NCBI GenBank assembly: GCA_963735595.1
Contig: CAVTLK010000001.1
Location: 64,001 to 128,000, forward strand
Source of the DNA: an uncultured delta proteobacterium
GTDB lineage: Bacteria; Desulfobacterota; Zymogenia; Zymogenales; Zymogenaceae
Reading direction: 5' to 3'
Length of the DNA stretch: 64,000 nucleotides
Both the position numbers and the translations under genes were made by a program. Position 1 is the first letter of the stretch. Each line of letters starts with the position of its first letter. Below, piece after piece: positions 53,298 through 64,000 of this stretch. The notes beneath the pieces were generated by a model. The model had not been told where the DNA came from. It worked only from the letters and a program-made list of their open reading frames with translations, and searched no databases.

Positions 53298-54995
53298 ATG
53301 ATTATCGATCGTAATGTCGAAAAAGTGCTGATCAAAGAAGGCGTACTCACGCAGGAACAACTTGACGCCGCCCTCGCTGAGCACAGGAAGACCAAGGAAA
53401 ACCTCACCTCGATTCTTGTCCGGTTCGGGTACGCCGGCGAAGAGGGAATCATCAAGGCTATCAGCAAGCACTATGAAATCCCCTACGAGGAGATTACGCC
53501 CGAATACGTGGAGGCCGACGTCATACGAATGATCAAACCCGAGCTTGCCCGGAAGTTCCAGACGATTCCGATCAATCTCATTGCAAACCAGATGACTGTT
53601 GCGATGTCCGACCCGCTCAACCTGATAACGCTCGATACCCTTTCGTTTACGCTCGGGAAAAAGATCAAGCCGATCGTCTGCAAGGTCGAGACAATAAATA
53701 ATCTCATTGACCATTTCTTCGGGATGGATGATCAGTTTAAAGCTGAATTGGAGTCGGACGTGAAAGGGGCGGAGGCCAGCTACTACTATGTTTCAGAGGA
53801 AGAACCGGAGAAGACCGAGATCGAGGCAAACGCGGCCCCGATCATCAGGCTGGTCAACCAGATCATCGCCCAGGCGGTAAAGACCAAGGCCTCCGATATT
53901 CATATCGAGGGAGCAAAGCGGGACCTCCTCGTGAGATTTCGCATCGACGGGGTTCTCAGGGAGATGAACACGCTCCCAAAGAAAATTCAACCGTCGGTGG
54001 TTGCACGTATTAAGATTATGTCGAGTCTCGATATCGCCGAGCGCATTAAGCCGCAAGACGGCAGGTTTTCCATTCGCCAGACTACCGGCAACGAGATCGA
54101 TTTTCGCGTCTCAACCTACAGCACGGTAAACGGGGAATCCGTCGTCATGCGGATTCTCGATCAGTCCAAGGCGCAGATAAGACTGGGCGATCTTGGACTC
54201 GATGAGGAGGACAGCGCCGCGATCAAAAACCTCCTGAAAAATCCCACGGGGATGATCATCGTATGCGGGCCGACCGGAAGCGGGAAAACTACGACGCTCT
54301 ACGCATTGTTGAACGAGCTCAACAGCGTCGAGAAGAAGATCATCACGATTGAAGACCCGGTCGAGTATCGAATGCCGCTTCTCAACCAGATCATGATCAA
54401 CGTGCGCAGGGGCCTCACATTTCCAGCAATCCTGAGGGCGGCGCTCAGGCAGGACCCGGACATCATCCTCGTGGGCGAAATCAGGGACAAAGAGACGGCG
54501 GATATCAGCGTTCACGCGGCGCTTACGGGCCATCTCCTGCTCACTACACTCCATACCAACTCCCCGGCCGAGGCCTTCGGGAGGCTCACCGATATGGGAA
54601 TCGAACGTTACTACCTGACGGACGTACTGTCGCTCATCATTGGGCAGCGGCTCATCAGGAAGTTGTGTCAGCGATGCAAGGAGCCCTACACCCCCACGCG
54701 GGAGGAAATCATACGACATGCGTTGAAATATGACCAGGAGAACCCGACCTTTTATAAGTCCCAGGGATGCAATTCGTGCGATTTTACCGGATACCGGGGT
54801 ATGACGGGCATCTACGAGCTGATGGTGATGAACGAGGATATGCGCGATATCGTTTCGAAGGGTGAATCGGTAGACAAGATAAAGCACGAGTCCAGGCGCC
54901 TCGGCAGCGCCAGCCTGTGGGACAGCGCGATAAAGAAGGTCTCGCAGGGGATAATCTCTATAAACGACGCGGTCAAGTTCATACCCCACGATTGA
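53298..54995 (+). CDS. GspE/PilB-family secretion ATPase
   Basis: ASDIHIE, PQDGR, GPTGSGKTTTL, TIEDPVE, LRQDPDIILVGEIRD, LTGHL, two CxxC. Confidence 0.93.
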   Translation: MIIDRNVEKVLIKEGVLTQEQLDAALAEHRKTKENLTSILVRFGYAGEEGIIKAISKHYEIPYEEITPEYVEADVIRMIKPELARKFQTIPINLIANQMTVAMSDPLNLITLDTLSFTLGKKIKPIVCKVETINNLIDHFFGMDDQFKAELESDVKGAEASYYYVSEEEPEKTEIEANAAPIIRLVNQIIAQAVKTKASDIHIEGAKRDLLVRFRIDGVLREMNTLPKKIQPSVVARIKIMSSLDIAERIKPQDGRFSIRQTTGNEIDFRVSTYSTVNGESVVMRILDQSKAQIRLGDLGLDEEDSAAIKNLLKNPTGMIIVCGPTGSGKTTTLYALLNELNSVEKKIITIEDPVEYRMPLLNQIMINVRRGLTFPAILRAALRQDPDIILVGEIRDKETADISVHAALTGHLLLTTLHTNSPAEAFGRLTDMGIERYYLTDVLSLIIGQRLIRKLCQRCKEPYTPTREEIIRHALKYDQENPTFYKSQGCNSCDFTGYRGMTGIYELMVMNEDMRDIVSKGESVDKIKHESRRLGSASLWDSAIKKVSQGIISINDAVKFIPHD

Positions 54996-55063
54996 TGGCG
55001 GGAGGTCGGGCCACCCTGAGTTCCGGGGCGGATGTACGAACGAATAGTCTGGCGCAGAGAATG

Positions 55064-55094
55064 ACGGGTGCTACCGGAAAACGGTAGCACCCGT
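55064..55094. repeat. REP-like perfect hairpin
   Basis: ACGGGTGCTACCG-GAAAA-CGGTAGCACCCGT. Confidence 0.75.
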
Positions 55095-55231
55095 ACCATC
55101 AATATGAGCGCCTTTACGAAAAAATAGATGTAATTACCCGGTATGCCGTGATACAATGCCGGCCATTGGCCGGCGCCGGCAGAGGGGCCGTCTTTTTTAG
55201 TAGACAGCACACGAATTAACATTATCTCCTA

Positions 55232-57647
55232 ATGGAGGTTACCGTGGCAGCGATATCGGTCACAGAAGGCAACGAAGTCCTCTATATCTCCAATTCCTTC
55301 ATTCGGCTTGGCCTTAATCTAAAAACAGGCAGGCTTTCGATCAGTCGGCCGGATCTAATATTTCCTCGGGTTCGCGAAGCGGTAATAGCGGCCGGATTCA
55401 GGATCGAACGCCTCGCGTCCTCTTCGGTGTTTGCGACCGGCCGGGTTACGGTCTCGAACGACGCGTTGAACGACGTGCATGGAAAGGGGAGGGAAGTCCG
55501 TATCGTCGACGATCAACGGCCCGATCATCTTGAGATGATGCTCACCGTGCGCCTCTATGAGAACCGTCCGTTTTTCCTTATGAGGCTTGGAGTGCGAAAT
55601 ATCGGTGACGGATACGCTTGCCCTCGATGACCTGTTCCTGCTTGACGCTTCGAACGCATCGGGAGGACGGCTGGAGCTGAGCCAGGAGAATCGGCCCCTT
55701 AATTTCTTCAAGGTCGGATGGCATGACTGGTGCTACTACGGGACTCCTGACCGCCCGCGATCGGGACGTCTCCACCATGATCGGGCATTGGGTCGGTAAG
55801 ATGTACTTCAATCCCACCACGCCCATCTCGCGAAGGCGAGGGGACTTCTGGGGCGAGGGCTGGGGAATCGTGACCGATCAGAAAACCGCGATCGTGGCCG
55901 GCTTTGCCACGACGGCAGACCAGTTCGGGCAGCTGCACGTGGACTGTCATCCCCGTCGGGAAGCGCTTACGCTCGTCGCCCGGGCCGACGGAATCCCGCT
56001 TGACCCGAACGAGGAATTCCTATCCGAATGGGCGTTCTTCCAGTTTGTGGATCTTCCGCATCCTGACCCGGCCGCCGACTATGCGGAAACGGTGGCGCGA
56101 TTCATGAAGCCCCGTGTCTCGAGCCCAACCCGCCGGCCAAATGGACCCACTGGTACCATTTCTTCCACGATATCACCGAGGACCTCTTTATCCAGAATCT
56201 GGAGACAATAGACACGATTCGTTCGACCGTTCCGTTCCATACGGTTCAGCTCGACGACGGCTACCAGTCGGCCTGGGGAGACTGGTATACACCGAATGAG
56301 AAATTCCCCAACGGCCTGAAGTACCTGGCGGGCCGGGTTGCGGATAAGGGATTTGTGCCCGGATTATGGCTTGCGCCCTTCGTCGCCGATCCGAAGTCGG
56401 AGCTCGCGCAAAAGCATCCCGATTGGCTGGTGAAAGACCACAAGGGTAAACCCGATTATCGGGGGATACTTCTGGGAGTTCTTCGGATACGTCCTTGACC
56501 TGACCAATCCGGCGGTGCTTGACTGGCTCACGACGCTCATGGAAACCGTCGTGAAGGAATGGGGATTCGGTTTCGTCAAGACGGATTTCGTATATTCCGG
56601 GGCGCTGCCGGGTATTCGATCATGACCCGAAGATTGACCCGCGCCCAGGCCTTTCGAAAAGGTATGGAGGCGATTCGAAAGGGACTGGGTGAAAAGACGT
56701 ATCACCTGGGCTGCGGCTGTCCCTTCGGGCCGTCCATAGGTATCGTCGACGCGATGCGCATCGGGCCGGATACGGCGCCGAACTGGAAGCCGTTCATCAT
56801 GAACATGCGGTGGGCCTCTCCCCTGATCACCCGTGAGAAGAGCATTGCCGCCCTTCGCAACAATATCCGTCATACCCTGAACCTCGGGACCGTCCATAAT
56901 CGCTGGTGGACGAGCGATCCCGACTGTCTGATGGTCAGGAACTACGATACGACGCTCACCGATGAGGAGATTAAGAGCAACGTATCTCTCATCGGCCTTC
57001 AGGGCGGGCTTGTCATCAACTCGGATGACCTGACCCGGCTTTCAGTCGACCGGCAGCGGCTTATCTCATTGCTCCTTCCGGTCATGAGCACGCGGGGCCG
57101 CGCCGTTGACCTCCTCGAGAATGAGATGGTCGAGCTGTACGCCCTGGATATGAACAAGTCATGGGGTAATTGGATTATGGCGGCCCAGTTTAACTGGGAG
57201 CGTAAGACAAGCCGGAAAACGGCTTGACATCGACAGGCTTTCCCTCGATCCGCAAAAGGAATACCACGTCTTTGACTTCTGGGACGCTTCGTATCGATTA
57301 CATACCGGACAATGATATCGACCTTCCCGATATTCCCGCGCACGGGTGCAGGTTGCTGCGTCTGTGCGAAAACACCGGCAAACCGACGGTCGTCGGGTCG
57401 AACGATGCACATTACGTGCGGCGGCGAGATCCAGACTCTGAAGACGGGCAAGCGGGAGGCGACGCTGGTCGTCTCGGACCTGGGAAGACATGCCGAGGGA
57501 GAACTATGGCTCTGGCTGCCGGGGCAGATTACGAGCGCGAAGGCGGGTAAATCCACGATCCCGGTGCGAAAACGGACCGATAACGTCTGGGCGCTCAATC
57601 TATCGCTTCACGGCAAGACAACCGTCACGGTCACGTGGCTCGAATAG
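55232..57647 (+). CDS. GH36 alpha-galactosidase, several frameshifts
   Basis: WTHWY, VQLDDGYQSAWGDW, GLWLAPF, VKTDF, LGCGCP, MRIGPD, DPDCL. Confidence 0.85.
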
Positions 57648-57739
57648 TCTCTGTGAAGTGACGCAGCCCCAACAGCGGGAATGCGGCCCGGTATCAAAAC
57701 AATGGCGAACTGTTTCTTCTCCCGAAACAGGAGGTTACT

Positions 57740-59061
57740 ATGGCTAAGGTAAGAATGTCATCGCGGGATATCATCACGCTGACGCTTCTGGTGGCGATGT
57801 CGGCCTTTTTCTTCGCCGACCAGCGGATCATGACGGCTATAATCAAGGAGCTGTCGATCGAATACGGGGTGAGCGAGAGCATCATCGGGCTATATCGGCT
57901 CGGCCTTTATGCTCATCGGCGCCTTCATCAGCATCGTCTTCGGATATCTGACCGATAAGGTGTCGCGAAAATGGCTCCTCGTGGCGACGGTCCTAATCGG
58001 GGAAATCCCCTGCCTGATGACCGGCTTTAAGGTCTTTACCCAGACAATCGAATCGTTTACGATCCTGAGAATCCTCACGGGCATCGGGATCGGCGGCGTA
58101 TACCCCATCTGCTACTCCTGATTGCGGATTACTTCCGCGAGGAACACCGGCCCACGGCCACGGCGTGGGTTAACGTCGCGTGGATGATCGGTATGGTCGC
58201 AGGCCCGGTGATGGCGGGTTTTCTGACGAACACCTACGGGTGGAGGCTTCCGTTCATACTGGCGGCCCTACCCGGGTTTCCGACGGATCCTCTGTTGCGC
58301 TCTACGCAAAGGACCCCGAGCGCGGCAGGACGGAGGCGGCGCTGGAAGACCTGATCCAGAAGGGACTTACCTACAAGCAGAAGATTAAGCTTTCCGATTT
58401 CAAGGTCCTCTTTACCAACAAGACCAATATCTGGATGTTCCTGCAGTCGCTGCCGGGCACGGTACCGTGGGGTATCCTCGGGTATTGGATGATCCATTTC
58501 CTCGAAAAGTCCAAGGGGATGTCGAAGGAGGCCTCGACGCTCGTCTTTCTGCTCCTTGGGGGTGGCGCCACGGTAGGCGGCATCGTCTTTGCCTATGTCG
58601 GCGAGTGGCTTTATAAAAAGAACCCGAAATACCTCCCGATACTCTGCGGTACGTTTGTCCTGCTCGGTATCATCCCCGCGGTCGCCCTCGTCAATGTGCC
58701 GCTGGGCGCCGGAGGGATCGGGATCGGTGCATTTTACGTCCTCTCGTTCGTCACCGGTTTCATGGTGGCCGTTGCAACGGCCAACGCCAAGGCCATTACC
58801 ATGAACGTCAACCGCCCGGAACACCGGGGATCGATCTTTGCCCTCTATAATATATCGGATAACATCGGGCAGGGATTCGGACCGGCCATCGGGGGGGCGC
58901 TGATCGGCTTCGGCTACACCTTTATGATGAACTTCGCGCTCCCGTTCTGGCTAGTCTGCGGAGCTTTCCTGTTCGTGGTGGCCCGGTACATTACGGCCGA
59001 TCGTGACGCCCTTCAGAAGTATCTGAGGGATCGGGCCGAGGAAATGAAAAAGACGTTATAG
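57740..59061 (+). CDS. MFS transporter, frameshifts
   Basis: FFADQ, GYLTDKVSRK, RILTGIGIG, VNRPEHRG. Confidence 0.85.
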
Positions 59062-59138
59062 CTTACCGTACCGTCCGTTTCGCCGCCTGCCGGGTTACCC
59101 CCGCCGGCGGCGTTGCCGACTGCGTGGAGGCACGCTTC

Positions 59139-60557
59139 ATGGAGCAGGACGAAAAGAAGAAGAGACTTCCGGTCTGGTTGAAGTTCTCCTACGGGGCGGC
59201 CGAGGGGTCCAATACCCTCGGCTGGACGATGTTTTACGTCTATTTCCTCTTTTTCCTGACCGACGTCGTCGGTCTCTCGCCGTCGTTTGCTGGGCTCGTC
59301 ATGATGATCGGCACGCTCTGGGACGCAGTGACCGACCCGGCGGTGGGGATCTGGTCGGACCGGACAAAATCGAGGCTGGGCAGGCGGCGGTCGTTCATCC
59401 TGTTTACGTCTATCCCATACGGGATAGCCGTGTGGCTCCTCTTTTCCCACTGGGGCCTCTCGCCCCTGATGACCAAGTTCTATTACATCGCGGCGGTCAT
59501 CCTCTATTTCTTCGTCTTTACCTGCCTGAATATCCCGTATACGTCGCTTGCCGCCGAAATGACCCAGGACTACGACGAGCGGACCAGTCTTATCAGCTAT
59601 CGGGCGGGATGGAGCCAGGTCTTTTCGATCATCGCGGCGGCCACACCGCTGATCCTCGTAAAATACTTTTCCGATCGATACGGCTCGGGAGTCGGTTCGA
59701 CGGACCCGGTCGGGTGGTCGATTACAACGGGGATATTCGGAGTCTTGATGATCTTTCCGATCCTTTGGACCTGGCGGGCCACCCGGGGATGCGAGCTCTT
59801 TCCCGAAGAGACAGAAATCTCGTTTCGGGACATCTTCCAGGGGGCTCTCAGGAACCGGCCGTTCCTGTATATTATCGGTATCTGCGCCCTGAGCGGCGTC
59901 GGCCTCAGCGTCGCCGCTGCGGTGATGGTCTATTTCATGAAATACTATATGAACTTCACCGAGGCGCAGCAGTCACTGGCATTCCTGTTCTTCTTCGCGT
60001 GCACGATCCTCTGGATCCCGCTTATCACCTACGTTTCAACGAAGTATGAAAAGCGCTGGGCGTATATCATTTTCATCGGGCTTTGGGCCGTCGTCCAGGG
60101 GGTCGGGGTAATGTTGGTCAAGCCCGGCAATATCGTCTACTTCTACGTGCTGGCGATCCTGGCCTCCGGCGGGGTTATTGCGGTTACGATGATAAATTGG
60201 ATGATGATCCCGGACGTTGTGGAGGTAGACGAGTTCAAGACCGGCCACAGGCGGGAAGGCCTCTATTTTGGAATAACGACCTTTGTCGGCAAAGCCGCCG
60301 GCGCCGTCGCCCTCTGGATCAACGGCATCGTCCTGGAGTGGATCGGCTACGTGGCCAACGTTCCCCAGACAAAGGGCGCGCTTTTGGGAATCCGGCTCAT
60401 CTACGCCGAGGGAACCACGTTCTTCCTCGTTGTCGGGTTGGTCCTTGCGTATCTCCTTCCGATGACCAGGAAAAAGCACCAGGCCCTTCGTAAGGCGATA
60501 GTGCTTAAGAGAGAAGGCAAACCCTACGACGTGTCGCCGTTTAAGGATATCATATAG
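59139..60557 (+). CDS. GPH (MelB-like) glycoside:cation symporter
   Basis: WDAVTDP, GRRRSF, IPYTSL, YDERTSL, RREGLYFG. Confidence 0.92.
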   Translation: MEQDEKKKRLPVWLKFSYGAAEGSNTLGWTMFYVYFLFFLTDVVGLSPSFAGLVMMIGTLWDAVTDPAVGIWSDRTKSRLGRRRSFILFTSIPYGIAVWLLFSHWGLSPLMTKFYYIAAVILYFFVFTCLNIPYTSLAAEMTQDYDERTSLISYRAGWSQVFSIIAAATPLILVKYFSDRYGSGVGSTDPVGWSITTGIFGVLMIFPILWTWRATRGCELFPEETEISFRDIFQGALRNRPFLYIIGICALSGVGLSVAAAVMVYFMKYYMNFTEAQQSLAFLFFFACTILWIPLITYVSTKYEKRWAYIIFIGLWAVVQGVGVMLVKPGNIVYFYVLAILASGGVIAVTMINWMMIPDVVEVDEFKTGHRREGLYFGITTFVGKAAGAVALWINGIVLEWIGYVANVPQTKGALLGIRLIYAEGTTFFLVVGLVLAYLLPMTRKKHQALRKAIVLKREGKPYDVSPFKDII

Positions 60558-60700
60558 CATCCAAAGATGCCGTTACGGGCCGTAACGATACCGCCGCAAA
60601 GACCCGCTCCCGGTTCGTCCGGCCCCCGTGGGGGATAGTCGATGGTGTACGGATCGGTTTTCGTCTACGGGCACGTACGTGCGGTATTCCTGAAAGGAGG

Positions 60701-61681
60701 ATGTGGTTGAAACAGGACTATTCGGTCTTCCTCGGCAACGTCGGTTCGTGCTGCGACCGCTTTTGCCGGGCCTACGGGCGTGACTTTTCGGTTGCAGAGC
60801 TCTTCGAGCGGGTAGCCTCCATCGAGGGGATCGGCGCCGTCGATCTTGTTGCGGATCGCAGCCTGTATGAACACGAGGAGGAAATCGTCGCCCTCGTCGA
60901 GAAAACGGGCCTCGTCGTGCCGGCGGTGACGGTGGAGCTGTTCGGCGACCCGAGGTGGAAGGACGGGACCTTTTCGTCGGCAGATCCCGGGGTGCGTAAA
61001 GAGGCCGTCGCATGGGCAAAACGGGCAGTCGATTTTGCCGTGAGGGTGAAATCCCCGATCGTGGGCATCTGGCCGGGCCAAGACGGCTACGACTACCTGT
61101 TTTCGGCCGACTATCTCTCCGACAGGCACAACTTCATCGAGGGGGTGAGGGAGGTTTGCCGCTATAACAGCGCGGTCACCATCGGCCTTGAGTACAAACC
61201 AAAAGAGCCTCGAACCCATAACTACGTGAGCAACGCGGGGATATCCATACTCATGGCCCGGGAGGTCGGTGAGCCTAACGTCGGTGTGATACTCGATTAC
61301 GGGCACGCGCTGTACGCCAACGAAAACCCCGCCGAGACCGTGGCGCTTCTTTTTAACTACGGCGATCTGCTGTGCCACATACATATCAATGATAATTACC
61401 GCTATTGGGACGACGACCTGATCGTCGGAACGGTTCATACCCTCGAATACCTCGAATTCTTCTACTGGCTTGACCGGACAGGGTACCAGGGCTACCTCAC
61501 CATCGACCAGTTTCCCTATCGGGAGGACGGACGTGACGCGGTGGCGGAAAGCGCCCGGTGGCTCGATGCCCTGAGGGGTGTGGTTAACCGCGCCGATACA
61601 GACGAGATCGGGCGTATAATCGCGCGAAAGGACGGCGTTGCCGCAAGTTCCCTGATGCGTAAAATTCTCTTTGGGAAGTGA
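60701..61681 (+). CDS. xylose-isomerase-like sugar isomerase
   Basis: WPGQDGYDY, LEYKPKEPR, LDYGH, HIHINDN, DDDL. Confidence 0.85.
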   Translation: MWLKQDYSVFLGNVGSCCDRFCRAYGRDFSVAELFERVASIEGIGAVDLVADRSLYEHEEEIVALVEKTGLVVPAVTVELFGDPRWKDGTFSSADPGVRKEAVAWAKRAVDFAVRVKSPIVGIWPGQDGYDYLFSADYLSDRHNFIEGVREVCRYNSAVTIGLEYKPKEPRTHNYVSNAGISILMAREVGEPNVGVILDYGHALYANENPAETVALLFNYGDLLCHIHINDNYRYWDDDLIVGTVHTLEYLEFFYWLDRTGYQGYLTIDQFPYREDGRDAVAESARWLDALRGVVNRADTDEIGRIIARKDGVAASSLMRKILFGK

Positions 61682-61682
61682 C

Positions 61683-62279
61683 ATGAGACAAGACTTGAAG
61701 GACCTGGTGCTTGAAATCGCGGGGATCATCTGGGAGCGGAGGCTCTCGGATACGGCGGGCGGAAATGTCAGTGTCCGCGACGGAGACGCTATCTGCATAA
61801 CCCCCCGGCTGATGGGCTACCGCCTCCGTTGGCAAATAACCGAAAAGGATCTCTCGATCGTTACGCCGGACGGTAAGGTCCTCGAGGGGCCCGAGCAGAT
61901 CACCCGGGAGGGGCTGATGCACCTGGGGCTTTACCGGGAGTTTCCCGACGCCGGGGCTATTATCCACGCCCACCCCTACTGGACGACGGTATTCGTCGCC
62001 CGGGCGCAGCCCATCGTGCCGATGCTGGAGACGACCGGTAAGTTCGGGACGATTAGCTGCGTCCCGGAAGCCCACGGATATTCCGAAGAGCTGGCCGAAA
62101 ACGTCATCACCCATTTCAGCTCGAAGCGTGCCCAATGGGAAAAGACGCCGCTTATGACGATCCTGCCCCGGCACGGTATCGTGGCGATGGGCAAAGACAT
62201 GAACGCCTGCTTTGATATTGTTGATCGAATAGAGACCGAGTGCCGGTGCCAGATTCTCGGTAAGCTCCTTGACCGCTGA
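61683..62279 (+). CDS. class II aldolase/adducin family (fuculose-1-P aldolase-like)
   Basis: GGNVSVR, ITP, E..MH, IIHAHP, RHG. Confidence 0.9.
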   Translation: MRQDLKDLVLEIAGIIWERRLSDTAGGNVSVRDGDAICITPRLMGYRLRWQITEKDLSIVTPDGKVLEGPEQITREGLMHLGLYREFPDAGAIIHAHPYWTTVFVARAQPIVPMLETTGKFGTISCVPEAHGYSEELAENVITHFSSKRAQWEKTPLMTILPRHGIVAMGKDMNACFDIVDRIETECRCQILGKLLDR

Positions 62280-62306
62280 TTAAACCTCGATACGTCGGAC
62301 TCCGCT

Positions 62307-63239
62307 ATGATCCTTACCGTTACCCTCAACCCCGCCGTAGACTTTACCGTATTCGGGGGCCCATTCTTGCCGCACCGCACGAACCGGGGCAGGCAGATCT
62401 ATCCTGATCCGGGGGGCAAGGGCAACAACGCGGCCCGGGTCGCCCGAAGCCTCGGCGCCGAGGTGACGGCCACCGGGCTTCTCGGCGGCTTTACGGGGGC
62501 GTTCGTCGACGAATCGTTAAAGACGGAAGGGATCGTTACGTCGTTCTTCCCTATCTCCGGCACCACCAGGTTTACTGCGGCCTATATCGAGGATGAGACG
62601 GGCGCGGAAACCAAGATTGTCCCGGACGGCCCCGCCATTACAAAAGAGGAGGCGGATGGCTTTCTTGCGCACTATGAGCGGCTGATCGGAACCGGCCCCT
62701 GTTCGATTGTCGTCTTATCGGGCTCACTGCCGCGCGGCGTTCCGGAGGATTTCTACTGCACGCTCATTGGAATAGCGGCGGACCGCGAAATACCCGTCGT
62801 CCTGGATACAAGCGGTAATGCGCTGGTGGCGGCGCTTAACAGGCCCCCCTTTATGATCAAGCCTAACCGGGTTGAGGCAGGGGAACTGGCCGGTACCGAC
62901 GACATGGACGGCATCGTGCGCTTTCTCACGGGGCTTTCGGAGACGGTCCCGGTGATCGCGCTGACTCTGGGACGAGACGGGGCCCTGTTCATCACGGCCG
63001 GCCGCACCATACGGATAACCGCGGGCGTCCCGGAATCCGTAAATCCCGTCGGGGCGGGGGACGCCTTTGTGGGGGGATTTGCCGCGGCGTACGACCGATT
63101 CGGTGACGATCGCGACCGCCTTTTTCGATGGGCGGCGGGCGCCGGGACGGCCTGTGCCCGAACCGCGGGGCTCCTCTTTTCGCGGGAGTCATTCAAAGAA
63201 GCCGTCGAAGCCCTCGTTATCGAAGAGATTGAGGCGTAG
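62307..63239 (+). CDS. 1-phosphofructokinase/LacC-family PfkB kinase
   Basis: TVTLNPAVD, GGKGNN, LSGSLP, IKPN, VGAGDAF. Confidence 0.92.
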   Translation: MILTVTLNPAVDFTVFGGPFLPHRTNRGRQIYPDPGGKGNNAARVARSLGAEVTATGLLGGFTGAFVDESLKTEGIVTSFFPISGTTRFTAAYIEDETGAETKIVPDGPAITKEEADGFLAHYERLIGTGPCSIVVLSGSLPRGVPEDFYCTLIGIAADREIPVVLDTSGNALVAALNRPPFMIKPNRVEAGELAGTDDMDGIVRFLTGLSETVPVIALTLGRDGALFITAGRTIRITAGVPESVNPVGAGDAFVGGFAAAYDRFGDDRDRLFRWAAGAGTACARTAGLLFSRESFKEAVEALVIEEIEA

Positions 63240-63395
63240 CGGACGGACCGGGAGCATACTTTAGGATAGTATCGGGATGTATGGAGGGCCGGCGATCAGG
63301 CGGCAGAAACGCCCGAACAAATAGGGTTGATTAATTATGTCCAGCGGGATATGATTATCCATCTTTTGTCATATCATCTCAGGGAGTACTACCAC

Positions 63396-64000
63396 ATGGA
63401 AGAAAAAAAGCTGTCCGTCGGGACGAAGATTGGCTACGGTATTTGCGACCTTGGCGGCAACCTCTTTTTTACCGCAACGGCGTTCGTTCTCCTTAATTAC
63501 CTGACCGATACGGTCGGCCTGGCGGCAGGCCTTGCGGGTACTGCCCTGATGGTAGGGCGGCTCTGGGACGCCTTCTATGACCCGATCATCGGGTACGTCT
63601 CGGACAGGACGCAGACCCGGTGGGGGAGGAGGCGCCCCTTTATGTTTGTGGCGGCCATCCCCCTCATGTTCGCGATGGCGCTTATGTTCGTCAACCCGTC
63701 GATGCTCTTCGGTGAAGGTATCCGGACGCTCAATAACCAGATTCCTCTCTTCATCTGGGTCATGGCCGTCTATATCGTTCTGTGCACAACTTATTCGACG
63801 GTGAATATCCCGTATTCCTCAATGACCCCGGAACTGACGACCGACTATAATGAGCGAACGTCGCTCAACGGCTACCGCTTCGGTTTTGCGGCAATCGGGA
63901 CGCTGTTGGGAGCAGGTGCGGCGCTGCCCATTATCGGACTATTTGCCGACAAGAACGCCGGATTTGTAGCCATGGGGGTGATCTTCGGCGTTGTCATGGC
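63396..64000 (+). CDS. GPH (MelB-like) symporter, runs off the window
   Basis: MEEKKLSVGTKIGYG, WDAFYDP, WGRRRPF, IPYSSMTPELT.DYNERTSL. Confidence 0.9.
   Translation, partial: MEEKKLSVGTKIGYGICDLGGNLFFTATAFVLLNYLTDTVGLAAGLAGTALMVGRLWDAFYDPIIGYVSDRTQTRWGRRRPFMFVAAIPLMFAMALMFVNPSMLFGEGIRTLNNQIPLFIWVMAVYIVLCTTYSTVNIPYSSMTPELTTDYNERTSLNGYRFGFAAIGTLLGAGAALPIIGLFADKNAGFVAMGVIFGVVM

Noticed and set aside
47851..55100. Integrative element at tRNA-Val
   Set aside because: No integrase and no convincing duplicate of the tRNA 3' end; only a short TACCATC match near 55094

Overview
GC-rich bacterial chromosome segment, probably from an anaerobic deltaproteobacterium-like organism (inferred from cytochrome c3, DUF4388, V4R and long HflX genes). 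It runs from the 3' part of serS and two tRNA-Ser genes through housekeeping genes (purC, hflX, prfB with its programmed frameshift, lnt, ybeY, a 7TM-HD hydrolase, phoH, mazG). It also holds a TetR-linked acyl-CoA catabolic operon, a MerR-led array of three lipoprotein phytoene-desaturase-family flavoenzymes interleaved with two tetraheme cytochromes c3 and a NusG-II gene, tRNA-Val, a V4R/hybrid kinase/REC/PilB-like cluster and an alpha-galactoside utilisation cluster. Many genes, including essential serS, are split by 1-2 nt indels, most likely long-read assembly errors. The most unusual element is a 2.4 kb AT-rich islet (about 6.55-8.97 kb) made of two tandem copies of a three-gene cassette: small HTH gene, small HTH gene, and a protein with a shared ~65 aa N-terminal domain. 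That domain is fused to two TM helices in one copy and to a Swt1-like HEPN RNase domain in the other, suggesting a modular defence or toxin system. All product calls come from motifs recognised by eye, not database searches.
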